This document shows, piece after piece, positions 16,962 through 24,445 of a stretch of DNA of 46,054 bases. Within the stretch, counting starts at the first letter, position 1, and the number at the start of each line of letters is the position of its first letter. The translations under genes and the position numbers were made by a program. Below the pieces are notes generated by a model that made no database searches, was not told the DNA's origin, and saw only the letters and a list, made by a program, of their open reading frames with translations. The DNA is from an uncultured Micavibrio sp. (GTDB lineage Bacteria > Pseudomonadota > Alphaproteobacteria > Micavibrionales > Micavibrionaceae): contig CAZUYV010000001.1 of NCBI GenBank assembly GCA_964624435.1, positions 1 through 46,054 of the forward strand, in the 5' to 3' direction.

Positions 16962-17373
16962 GGTCCACCTTCCCGCTTATATCGACCTTTTCTTTAAACA
17001 TGCCCAGGTACTTACCAATGTTTTCAACCGCTTTGTTTGCACCGCCCGAGTCGAATCTATATTCCCCAGTTTCGTTACCCTCTCGATCCAATACCGGTTC
17101 AGCCTGCATACAACGTTCAGCAATCGATTTAAAGCTATCAATTACCCATTGAACACTTATTCCGGTGTCTCTTTCAACCTTTTTGTTGATTTCAGCCTGT
17201 CTTCGCTCAATTTCGCTCTTAATGTCTTCATTTGTCATCAGTCTTGATCCGTTTTTGCGCGCTGCATCGTCAGTACATCCATAAACCTTCTTGTAGGCTG
17301 CTGTTACATTCTGGCTTCTCAGATATTCATTCACGAACAAAATATGCTTTTCTTTCAAAGCCATTTCAATCAA
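16870..17373 (-). CDS. terS: Terminase small subunit (Terminase_2-like)
   Basis: LFVNEYLRSQNVTAAYKKVYG...ARKNGSRLMTNEDI signature; overlaps terL by 92 nt. Confidence 0.8.
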   Translation of the reverse strand: MIEMALKEKHILFVNEYLRSQNVTAAYKKVYGCTDDAARKNGSRLMTNEDIKSEIERRQAEINKKVERDTGISVQWVIDSFKSIAERCMQAEPVLDREGNETGEYRFDSGGANKAVENIGKYLGMFKEKVDISGKVDHEHSIDRGTISGISAIITRIAAKGVSEGKS

Positions 17374-17384
17374 CTCCCCTCATG

Positions 17385-17447
17385 TATTCACTCAATATTC
17401 ACTACAAAAAGTATAACGCCGTGTATTTTCCCATATTTGTGAATATT
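17385..17447. promoter_or_regulatory. TATTCAC repeat cluster upstream of terS (late-operator or pac candidate)
   Basis: TATTCAC at 17385 and 17396; inverted copy GTGAATATT 17439..17447, complementary to AATATTCAC 17394..17402. Confidence 0.35.
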
Positions 17448-17454
17448 TATTCAT

Positions 17455-17688
17455 TCAAATGTTGATTTTATACGACTTTAACCGCTTTTTATTCGCTTCA
17501 TCCTCTTTCATCGCTTCGTACACCCATGGCGGCACAATGCGAATCGGCATACTCAATTCAATGCGCTCTGACAGCTCTATTGGCTCTCTCAGCCGTTCTC
17601 TTAGTGTTGGGCCTATGAATGGCTCGGCTGCATTTGTTTGCGTCATAGGGCCTGCGTGAATGGGTCTGTTGCTGAATAGTGGATTCAT
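17455..17688 (-). CDS. Hypothetical protein (77 aa)
   Basis: ATGA-coupled to the upstream ORF. Confidence 0.5.
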   Translation of the reverse strand: MNPLFSNRPIHAGPMTQTNAAEPFIGPTLRERLREPIELSERIELSMPIRIVPPWVYEAMKEDEANKKRLKSYKINI

Positions 17689-17855
17689 TTCGTCAACTCC
17701 CTATATCTCGGATTTTGTGGTGGTTTACGCTTTAAATTCTCAATATCTACCTGGTTGTGCTCGCTTAAATGCTTTAACATCTTGTCTGCGCTTGTTGTGG
17801 AATAGCCGCAGTCGCAGGTCTTGTGGGATACTCCGTCGATTAGCTCTACTCGCAT
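17685..17855 (-). CDS. 56-aa C2H2-like zinc-finger protein (below cutoff)
   Basis: MRVELIDGVSHKTCDCGY...HLSEH. Confidence 0.45.
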   Translation of the reverse strand: MRVELIDGVSHKTCDCGYSTTSADKMLKHLSEHNQVDIENLKRKPPQNPRYRELTK

Positions 17856-18082
17856 TCTATTTGCCCTTGTACTTTCTCATGCTGCCGAATGGCTGTCGTA
17901 GCGGCCTTGATGGCGTCCTCAGCGCTCAATACGTCCAGTTCGTACAATTCAGCCACCTTGGTTAATTTGTTGCTCAGGCTGGCCTCAGCACGTCTCTGTA
18001 AGGCTATCAATTTCTCTTCCATGTAAGCATGTGGCGGCATCGCTAACCCCATTTGTGCTTCTCTTCCATCTGTTAAATTCAT
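17846..18082 (-). CDS. Hypothetical protein (78 aa)
   Basis: AGAAAGGATGA SD. Confidence 0.5.
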   Translation of the reverse strand: MNLTDGREAQMGLAMPPHAYMEEKLIALQRRAEASLSNKLTKVAELYELDVLSAEDAIKAATTAIRQHEKVQGQIECE

Positions 18083-18113
18083 CTCTTATCATCCTTTCTG
18101 GGTATGTATGCAT

Positions 18114-18139
18114 GAAAAAAGCGCCTAAGCGCTCTCTGG
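18114..18139 (-). terminator. Intrinsic terminator
   Basis: Minus strand AGAGCGC-UUAG-GCGCUUU followed by UUUUC. Confidence 0.65.
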
Positions 18140-18154
18140 TTAATCTATTGGAAA

Positions 18155-18268
18155 TTATTTGTATTCTTCTACCTTGATTTCATGGTCCAGTCGTTCGATT
18201 TCTTTCTTGACTGCCTTCTTCTTTTTGCTGACCCGTGCCCTTGCTTTCCAAATCCATCGGCCTATCAT
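18155..18268 (-). CDS. 37-aa highly basic peptide
   Basis: MIGRWIWKARARVSKKKKAVKKEIERLDHEIKVEEYK. Confidence 0.3.
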   Translation of the reverse strand: MIGRWIWKARARVSKKKKAVKKEIERLDHEIKVEEYK

Positions 18269-18287
18269 CTTCTTTCATTCCCTTCTG

Positions 18288-18662
18288 TTAATCAGCGTGA
18301 TATCCAGCCATTTCGATCACGAATGCCAATGTTTGCTCGGGTGTTTCGTTTTCATGCGTTTTCGTTGACCTGATGCCCTGCAGGGATTGCATTCTCTTCA
18401 AATTCTTGTTTACAACCGCCTTGATCGTGTAGAATGTGCGCGGGTCATAAGGTATCCATTTATCATCGACAAAACCATTTGTGCTTGCGTTGCCAATGTG
18501 GCGGCGTTCGTGATCTCGCATACCTTCATACTCAACATTTTGAATAGTTACCCTCTTATCATCGGCGCTTACGATCAGCATGGGCTTGTCCGTATAGGAC
18601 CAATCCGTGCCACATTTATCAACTCTGAATGCCAATTGTCCGATTAACTCTTTTGGGTACAT
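18288..18662 (-). CDS. Hypothetical protein (124 aa)
   Basis: GGGAGAG SD; coding-like composition. Confidence 0.55.
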   Translation of the reverse strand: MYPKELIGQLAFRVDKCGTDWSYTDKPMLIVSADDKRVTIQNVEYEGMRDHERRHIGNASTNGFVDDKWIPYDPRTFYTIKAVVNKNLKRMQSLQGIRSTKTHENETPEQTLAFVIEMAGYHAD

Positions 18663-18667
18663 GGTCT

Positions 18668-18841
18668 TTACTCTCCCTTCTGGAATGAATCCGAATCGTT
18701 CTCGACCTCAACCCAATAACTATCAAACACCCGTTTAACCGTAATATAGACTAAATCCGAATTGTCAGATTCAAATAATTCCTGAACCTTTTGCATTGCT
18801 TCCGCTTGATCCGCGCACTTTATCTCTTTTATGTGTTCCAT
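18668..18841 (-). CDS. 57-aa acidic protein (below cutoff)
   Basis: MEHIKEIKCADQAEAMQKVQELFESDNSDL...; GAAGGGAGC SD. Confidence 0.45.
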   Translation of the reverse strand: MEHIKEIKCADQAEAMQKVQELFESDNSDLVYITVKRVFDSYWVEVENDSDSFQKGE

Positions 18842-18868
18842 TTGGTCTTGCTCCCTTCTGTTGTAAAA

Positions 18869-18920
18869 AATCCTCTACGGCCTCCAGGCTAAAGCCTTAA
18901 GCTTATTCGGTCGCAGGATT
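18869..18920 (-). promoter_or_regulatory. Structured intergenic element, copy B (terminator-like)
   Basis: Minus strand AAUCCUGCGACCGAAUAAGCUUAAGGCUUUAGCCUGGAGGCCGUAGAGGAUU followed by UUUUUU; shares CCGAA, GCUUA and GGAGGCCG with copies at 29405, 32520 and 20024. Confidence 0.55.
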
Positions 18921-19161
18921 ACTTAAAAAGCGTCAAACCTTTCTGCGTGAGGTCATACGACAGCACATGTGAGTAATTTTGGATGACGGTGGCAATGTAT
19001 TCCTCCATCAGTTTACGGTCTGCAATCAATTTGATGACAGTGTCTCGCACAAAGTGTTCATCGTATTCAACAGCCAATGGTTGGTCGTTACCGTCTATTG
19101 GGATTGTTTTTATCTCTTTCTCCAGTTCGATAAGTTTTTCCTGATTGAAGTATAAGTTCAT
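18919..19161 (-). CDS. Hypothetical protein (80 aa)
   Basis: ORF with SD. Confidence 0.5.
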   Translation of the reverse strand: MNLYFNQEKLIELEKEIKTIPIDGNDQPLAVEYDEHFVRDTVIKLIADRKLMEEYIATVIQNYSHVLSYDLTQKGLTLFK

Positions 19162-19190
19162 GTCTATCTCCCTTCCCCTAAAAACTGGAT

Positions 19191-19319
19191 TTATTCAAGC
19201 AGCTTGTCGCAAAGTTTTTTCCATTCTTCGTCTGCTTTAACCGTGTCCACTTCGCCTGATTGTTCTAAAGCTCTGTAGCTTTCATGGTTCGCTATAGCTT
19301 CTCGTAAAGTGTCATCCAT
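19191..19319 (-). CDS. 42-aa acidic protein (below cutoff)
   Basis: MDDTLREAIANHESYRALEQSGEVDTVKADEEWKKLCDKLLE. Confidence 0.35.
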   Translation of the reverse strand: MDDTLREAIANHESYRALEQSGEVDTVKADEEWKKLCDKLLE

Positions 19320-19605
19320 CTGTATCCCTCCCGTCCTTAATGCCTGGTATGATGCGCTTTCCTTTACATTTGTGGCACGTTACATGCGACCCGATAAATA
19401 TTACACCTGTGCCGCCGCATTCATCGCATTGTACCGCTGTCTCTGATGTAATGGGCTCTTGTTCTGCTTCTCCCTCTGATTCAGTGGGAATGGATTGCAT
19501 GAATGCCTTTAAATCCGCCATGGCGTCCGCATATCCGAAAACTCCGCTGCGTCCTTCTGTCCAATCTATTAACGCCTTACGGCTTACGGTATCCTTTTTA
19601 TCCAT
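19312..19605 (-). CDS. 97-aa protein with a DnaJ-type CxxCxGxG zinc finger
   Basis: CDECGGTGVIFIGSHVTCHKCKGKR. Confidence 0.55.
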   Translation of the reverse strand: MDKKDTVSRKALIDWTEGRSGVFGYADAMADLKAFMQSIPTESEGEAEQEPITSETAVQCDECGGTGVIFIGSHVTCHKCKGKRIIPGIKDGRDTDG

Positions 19606-19626
19606 TACTCTCAGATCCTTTCCGGA

Positions 19627-19980
19627 TTAGGCCATTACGCCATCTTTGCTTAAATCCACCCATATTACTGCGCCTTGTGGATGTTTGTATGGGATTGGCT
19701 TTTTGAATAGAATCGGCGAACTCATTACCCATACATGTTGTTTGGCATATGGAATATGATTCGATTCAGGTATGCGGTGATTATCGAATCCTTGCCGCAA
19801 AGCCGAATCCGTTACATGGAAGCTGTCGGTCAAAACAGCCGTGCCGAATATCATTCCCGTTCCGCTTTTGATCAGCGCTATGGTTCCGCGAGTCTTTGTA
19901 TTGCTGCCGCGAATCTCCCAGGTCTTCTCCTCGTTCAGGATCATGGTAATCCACGGTTCTTTAATAATGAGCCCTTTCAT
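19627..19980 (-). CDS. ASCH (PUA-like) domain protein
   Basis: MKGLIIKEPWITMILNEEKTWEIRGSNTKTRGTIALI pattern. Confidence 0.65.
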   Translation of the reverse strand: MKGLIIKEPWITMILNEEKTWEIRGSNTKTRGTIALIKSGTGMIFGTAVLTDSFHVTDSALRQGFDNHRIPESNHIPYAKQHVWVMSSPILFKKPIPYKHPQGAVIWVDLSKDGVMA

Positions 19981-20023
19981 GTCTCTTCTCCTTTATCCCT
20001 GTATCGTAAAAAAATATGAAGTT

Positions 20024-20068
20024 CCGTCGGCCTTCAGTCGCTTTGTAGCCCTTCGGTCGTTCAAGGGC
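20024..20068 (-). promoter_or_regulatory. Structured intergenic element, degenerate copy C
   Basis: Minus strand GCCCUUGAACGACCGAAGGGCUACAAAGCGACUGAAGGCCGACGG. Confidence 0.35.
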
Positions 20069-20315
20069 AAGGTACAAAACCGTGCTTGTCATATAGTCTA
20101 CGGAATGTTGCCAAATCACATGTTTTCCTTTCACCCTTCTTCAAGTAGACTACTTGCTTGTCGGTAACCTCGATTACTGGGCGTTCAACACAATATCCTT
20201 CGGCTGCGCCATATTCACTGAAATAGTATGTCCTGCCTGCTTCGATTTGAGGGTAAAGAAGCTCTTTCACCCTTTGTTCAATTTTGGCTACGGTTGAAGG
20301 TTTTAGTTTACTCAT
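20061..20315 (-). CDS. Hypothetical protein (84 aa)
   Basis: AAAGGAGGA SD. Confidence 0.55.
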   Translation of the reverse strand: MSKLKPSTVAKIEQRVKELLYPQIEAGRTYYFSEYGAAEGYCVERPVIEVTDKQVVYLKKGERKTCDLATFRRLYDKHGFVPCP

Positions 20316-20363
20316 GATATCCTCCTTTGATCTTGCATCCCCCGCTCTATAGGAGGGTGTTTA

Positions 20364-20654
20364 TTAGGCTGAGCATTCCGCTTTGTTCTTTGACAGCATT
20401 CGCTCAACTTTTTGTTTGTGCCGTTCAGGCATTTCAAATTCATTCCACTTAACAATGCTCGTAGCGCTGGCTATGCAATATGTGTTTTTGATTGTATGCC
20501 CATCTTCACCACAGCGACGCTCTGTCTTAATTATCGATGCGCAAAGCTCACCGGCTGTGCCGTGCATCGTCCTGCGAAACCATGTATTTAGCGTACAATC
20601 TCCAAAAGGTTTCGTTTCAAGGGTTGTACCATGCGTAGCGACATTAAGGTCCAT
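20364..20654 (-). CDS. Hypothetical Cys-containing protein (96 aa)
   Basis: AAAGGAGAG SD. Confidence 0.5.
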   Translation of the reverse strand: MDLNVATHGTTLETKPFGDCTLNTWFRRTMHGTAGELCASIIKTERRCGEDGHTIKNTYCIASATSIVKWNEFEMPERHKQKVERMLSKNKAECSA

Positions 20655-20711
20655 TGCATCTACTCTCCTTTAAATGATTTGGTGGATAAGGGGAGCTTTT
20701 TAGGCTCCCGA

Positions 20712-20864
20712 TTATTTCCTTGGATATTTTGTGAAAACTAATCCCTTTTCGTAGAACGAAACATACCACTTTACGCCGTCAAATTGCATCGTTGAGTAAC
20801 CGTTTTTATCTTTTTCGGCACCGTGCTTTTCATAAGCTGCTTTCTTCTCCTCATAGCTACTCAT
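20712..20864 (-). CDS. 50-aa protein (below cutoff)
   Basis: MSSYEEKKAAYEKHGAEKDKNGYSTMQFDGVKWYV...; ATGA-coupled. Confidence 0.4.
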   Translation of the reverse strand: MSSYEEKKAAYEKHGAEKDKNGYSTMQFDGVKWYVSFYEKGLVFTKYPRK

Positions 20865-21013
20865 GGCATCATCACGTAGTGCACTGTCCGCTTTTCTCCG
20901 TCAACTCGGATATCGTTTCGCACATATCCCTGCTTTGTCATTTCCTTGTCATGCAAATCCATTTCCGCTTCATTGTCGTATTCGTATACCTGTTCTTCTC
21001 TGATCCATCTCAT
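20861..21013 (-). CDS. 50-aa protein (below cutoff)
   Basis: MRWIREEQVYEYDNEAEMDLHDKEMTKQGYV... Confidence 0.4.
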   Translation of the reverse strand: MRWIREEQVYEYDNEAEMDLHDKEMTKQGYVRNDIRVDGEKRTVHYVMMP

Positions 21014-21143
21014 TCCTTATATCCCCTTTCAGGGAGCGATAGGCTCCCAAATATTTACATTCCTTTACGGCTGCCGTTTCACTGGGTGATTCGGTCTGTC
21101 TCGATGGCGCTTTGCTCAAGTTCAAGGGCCCGAAGGCTCCGTG

Positions 21144-21311
21144 TTAAATTTCTACCTCGACTTTGAATCCAGTTTCTGTTTTGAATTCTTCGATTGCTTC
21201 CATGCTTTCGAAGTATCTTTTATAAGTCGCCGGAAGACCGTTACCCCACTGGATTTCATACACCGTTGCAAAGATCATGTTGTCCCACGCTACATTTTTA
21301 TTAGTTTTCAT
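21144..21311 (-). CDS. 55-aa protein, first gene after the leftward promoter at 21356..21384
   Basis: AAGGAGGA SD 10 nt before ATG 21311; MKTNKNVAWDNMIFATVYEIQWGNGLPATY... Confidence 0.45.
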   Translation of the reverse strand: MKTNKNVAWDNMIFATVYEIQWGNGLPATYKRYFESMEAIEEFKTETGFKVEVEI

Positions 21312-21355
21312 TCCGTTCATTCCTCCTTGGCGTTAGCCGATTACTTGATATTTAT

Positions 21356-21384
21356 AGTATATACACCGTGTGCACACCTGTCAA
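21356..21384 (-). promoter_or_regulatory. Near-consensus sigma-A promoter, leftward (toward late genes)
   Basis: TTGACA (21384..21379) -17- TATACT (21361..21356); the spacer contains ACACCGTGT and a TGCACACC repeat. Confidence 0.65.
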
Positions 21385-21402
21385 CAATTATTTTGCACAC
21401 CG

Positions 21403-21432
21403 TTGACATACCGTGTATACACCATATATATT
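21403..21432 (+). promoter_or_regulatory. Near-consensus sigma-A promoter, rightward (RHH gene)
   Basis: TTGACA (21403..21408) -18- TATATT (21427..21432); the spacer contains ACCGTGT and an ATACACC repeat. Confidence 0.65.
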
Positions 21433-21463
21433 ATAAGTAATTCAAATTCAGGAGGAATCGGAT

Positions 21464-21616
21464 ATGGCAGTTCCACCAGGAACAAAAAAAGTAGTTTTTT
21501 ATGTAGAAGAAGATATTAAAAACCGTTTAGTCAAAGTATCTAAAGCAGACGGTCACACAGTTTCTAGTTTTGTCGCCAAGATAATTAGAGATGTGGTCGA
21601 AGATAAATCCAAATAA
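21464..21616 (+). CDS. 50-aa ribbon-helix-helix (Arc/CopG-like) DNA-binding protein
   Basis: MAVPPGTKKVVFYVEEDIKNRLVKVSKADGHTVSSFVAKIIRDVVEDKSK (beta strand plus two helices); CAGGAGGA SD. Confidence 0.65.
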   Translation: MAVPPGTKKVVFYVEEDIKNRLVKVSKADGHTVSSFVAKIIRDVVEDKSK

Positions 21617-21622
21617 AGTTAA

Positions 21623-21654
21623 AAGCCCACTCGGATTGAGGGGCTTCTTTTTTT
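21623..21654 (+). terminator. Intrinsic terminator after the RHH gene
   Basis: AAGCCC(A)CUC-GGAUU-GAGGGGCUU followed by CUUUUUUU. Confidence 0.7.
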
Positions 21655-21806
21655 GGTTGCATTGGGGTTGGGTTCGTGCGCGACCTCTTCCTTACCGCTA
21701 ACCTTTACTATGAATTTGTTAAGCGCCTTACATCGTTGCGCGTTTATTTTGCAGAAGGTGATGTGTCCCTCTGCGCGTAAACTTTTGATAATACAATAAT
21801 ATCATG

Positions 21807-22355
21807 TCAAGATGCTTGAAAACCGCCCAATAACATCCCAAAATCTTTAATTTTCCGTTGTTTTTCGACAGCGCCAAGTCGTTCCTTGTAAGGCGAGAAT
21901 AGCAGCGAATCCAAGTATTGCTCCGTGATGCATAACGGGTTCAAGCACGCTGTCATGGATTCGAGCGCTATCCGCTGCACGTAATTATACTTGTGTTCCT
22001 TGATGTGCATTTTACCGCATACGTAAATGACCGTGTTGTCATCAAAGTACCTCAGTTGTATCAATTGCCGCTGATCATCGTTTAGCGTCAAAGCGGCCCT
22101 GCTGATGGCGTCTATGATGGTGTTAAGCTCTCCGACAATCCATTTCAGGTGTCGGATTTTGCCTACAGTATCCTCTTCCTGGATGAACTCCGTTTCGATC
22201 CGGTTGGATGGCAGAGAACTGCGGATGTACCAGTTTTCATCAGACCGATAGCGTCTCTCGCGTTCTTCGAGCGAATCGATTGCAATTAAGGCGTTTCTCC
22301 GGGCTTCTGCCATTTGCTTATTCTTGTACAGGAGCTTTTTGACATCGATGTTCAT
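21807..22355 (-). CDS. ArpU-like / sigma-70 region-4-like late transcriptional regulator
   Basis: C-terminal LNDDQRQLIQLRYFDDNTVIYVCGKMHIKEHKYNYVQRIALESM pattern. Confidence 0.5.
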   Translation of the reverse strand: MNIDVKKLLYKNKQMAEARRNALIAIDSLEERERRYRSDENWYIRSSLPSNRIETEFIQEEDTVGKIRHLKWIVGELNTIIDAISRAALTLNDDQRQLIQLRYFDDNTVIYVCGKMHIKEHKYNYVQRIALESMTACLNPLCITEQYLDSLLFSPYKERLGAVEKQRKIKDFGMLLGGFQAS

Positions 22356-22375
22356 GGATTATTCTCCTTTCCGCA

Positions 22376-22579
22376 TCATTTCTTCATTAGTCCGAAAACT
22401 TTAGAACAATCAATTACGCCTTTTTCCCAAATGAGGTATCCTTTTCCTTGCAATAAATATGTTTTGTAAGCATCCAGGAGGTCTATATCTGTTTCGATCC
22501 AGTACATGCTTGTATTCCCGAACCCATTGAATAGCATCAATTCAAAATTATATTGTGGTTTGTATGTCTTTTCATCCAT
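22376..22579 (-). CDS. Hypothetical protein (67 aa)
   Basis: Coupled (TAATG) to the upstream ORF. Confidence 0.5.
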   Translation of the reverse strand: MDEKTYKPQYNFELMLFNGFGNTSMYWIETDIDLLDAYKTYLLQGKGYLIWEKGVIDCSKVFGLMKK

Positions 22580-23661
22580 TACACCACCGCCTCTAAAGCC
22601 GCAACCCTTGCCTCTAAGGCACTGTGTCTCTCGTACAGCTGCGCCAATTGCTGATCTAATGGTTTAGGTTCTATCGAGCCTTCTGCCACCACTTCCGCCA
22701 TATCTCCGTTTCCTTGAACTGTCTGATCTTCTCCGTTGGAGTCGGCTGCCACTTGATTACTCTCGGGAAAGGTTTTTTCCTCAGCTGGCGCTTCCTGTTC
22801 TTTAAGCTTTTCTATATTCGGGAATTCATAAACAGGCTCAACATCGGATACATGAGCTACTTCCTTGTTACCTTCGGAGTTGATTCCTTCCACCCAGTTT
22901 GCGCCGATGGATTTCACGTTTGCCAGCTGCAATTTGGAATTCACTTTTGCTTTGGCAATTCGATCCTGTAAGGATTCGCTCGGGATGCTTGGCGTGATGT
23001 CGATTACTTGCGGCACCGTTTGGAAATTGGCGATTTGCTTCTGTAAGTCAAATATGTGCTGATTCAAGCGCTGGATTTCCTGAACATTCTGCTCAATCGC
23101 CCCGTTCCGATCCTCAACATTTTGCTCAAGCGTTTGTATTGAGTATTGCTGAAATTCAACTTGCTCCGCCAGTTCGGCATTCACTTTGAGGTAATCAGCA
23201 ACTTCTTCTTTCGCTGTATCCAATTGCCTCTGAGTTTCCAATCCCTGAACGGACAACAACCGGATTTTTTCATCCTTCTCAGCCAATTGCCTCTGGAATC
23301 CGGCTATCAATAGGCTCTGATTTTCATCGACCGCCTGATCAACCATGGAGTTGAATTCCTGAATGGCTGTCGTATTTTCCGTGAGTCCTAATACCCGGTC
23401 CATTAATTCCTTGAGGTAAACTGCATCCCTTATGTTGAGTATGGTTTCCTTCAATCCGCCGATTTGTTCCGCTGCAGCTGTTTCCGCCCGCAACCTGTCC
23501 TGCTCTGCCCAATAGGGGATAGATTCCTCCAACTCTTTGGTATACCGCATTTCCTCATTCCGAAATACGGTTGTGTCTACGCCAAGTCCCGCATTCGCAA
23601 TAGCCTCTCTCATTTTGTCTCTATCGTCGTGAATTGCCTGTAATTCTCTGTAAGTTGACAT
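22579..23661 (-). CDS. 360-aa coiled-coil protein
   Basis: Long E/Q/L-rich heptad-like sequence; GGAGGTCAAAC SD. Confidence 0.6.
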   Translation of the reverse strand: MSTYRELQAIHDDRDKMREAIANAGLGVDTTVFRNEEMRYTKELEESIPYWAEQDRLRAETAAAEQIGGLKETILNIRDAVYLKELMDRVLGLTENTTAIQEFNSMVDQAVDENQSLLIAGFQRQLAEKDEKIRLLSVQGLETQRQLDTAKEEVADYLKVNAELAEQVEFQQYSIQTLEQNVEDRNGAIEQNVQEIQRLNQHIFDLQKQIANFQTVPQVIDITPSIPSESLQDRIAKAKVNSKLQLANVKSIGANWVEGINSEGNKEVAHVSDVEPVYEFPNIEKLKEQEAPAEEKTFPESNQVAADSNGEDQTVQGNGDMAEVVAEGSIEPKPLDQQLAQLYERHSALEARVAALEAVV

Positions 23662-23683
23662 TGTTTGACCTCCAAATGTAGTT

Positions 23684-24205
23684 TTATATAATTTTGTACC
23701 TGTAAATCAATTCGAACTTTTCCTTTTGATCATTCCAAATACGTTCTTTTTTTACTTCTACCTTTGATTTATCACCGACTCTTTTATTCGGTTTAAAAAC
23801 AATGTCTTTTTCCCTCAGGACAACGGACTTTTCATTCGCCAACTGTTTATTCAGCCCTATGTGCCAATCCTGTGCAACCTTGCTTTGTTTTTTGACATTT
23901 TCCGTAGGTGTTATTATTTGCAGATTGCATTTTCTATTGTCCAGAGTGTTGTGATTTATGTGATCTGGGACCATGCCTTCCGGGCAATTGCTAACTAATC
24001 TGTGCAGCCTGTAAACAACTTTATTAATACAACCATTTACATACGCTGTATTCGCACCTCTTTTCTTGTCGAGACATACTACCCAATTAACATGACCAAT
24101 ATTGAGGACTTTTTCCAAATCATCAGTATCAATTACGGTGACAAGCCCATACTTTTTTATGTGTATTTCGGTAATATCTCCTTTGATCTCATAAAAATTT
24201 TTCAT
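23684..24205 (-). CDS. HNH_3-type homing endonuclease
   Basis: VPDHINHNTLDNRKCNLQIITPTENV motif; locally AT-rich, with an AT-rich upstream spacer 24206..24271. Confidence 0.85.
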   Translation of the reverse strand: MKNFYEIKGDITEIHIKKYGLVTVIDTDDLEKVLNIGHVNWVVCLDKKRGANTAYVNGCINKVVYRLHRLVSNCPEGMVPDHINHNTLDNRKCNLQIITPTENVKKQSKVAQDWHIGLNKQLANEKSVVLREKDIVFKPNKRVGDKSKVEVKKERIWNDQKEKFELIYRYKII

Positions 24206-24271
24206 TAGTCCTCCTTACAGCAAATAATGATATTTTTATAGTAATATATCAATAATTATAACATATTTTGC

Positions 24272-24409
24272 TTATTTATACCCTTTTATTAAATTGTTCC
24301 ACAACATTTTTCGCATTGATTTTTCCACTGCGCCTATCCGATTTTTGACCAATCTTCCTCGTTTTCCGTGTGCGTATCCGTGTTCATTTCTTCTTTTTGA
24401 CTTTTCCAT
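24272..24409 (-). CDS. 45-aa very basic protein (below cutoff)
   Basis: AGGAGGAGGTGG SD; MEKSKRRNEHGYAHGKRGRLVKNRIGAVEKSMRKMLWNNLIKGYK. Confidence 0.45.
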   Translation of the reverse strand: MEKSKRRNEHGYAHGKRGRLVKNRIGAVEKSMRKMLWNNLIKGYK

Positions 24410-24445
24410 TTAACCACCTCCTCCTAAGAATCTCGTAATGACCTT

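Noticed and set aside
17419-17426. CCGTGTAT shared between the terS upstream gap (17419..17426) and the RHH switch region (21411..21418), as a possible common operator
   Set aside because: An 8-mer is expected about once by chance on two strands of 46 kb. Without flanking similarity, this is not enough evidence.
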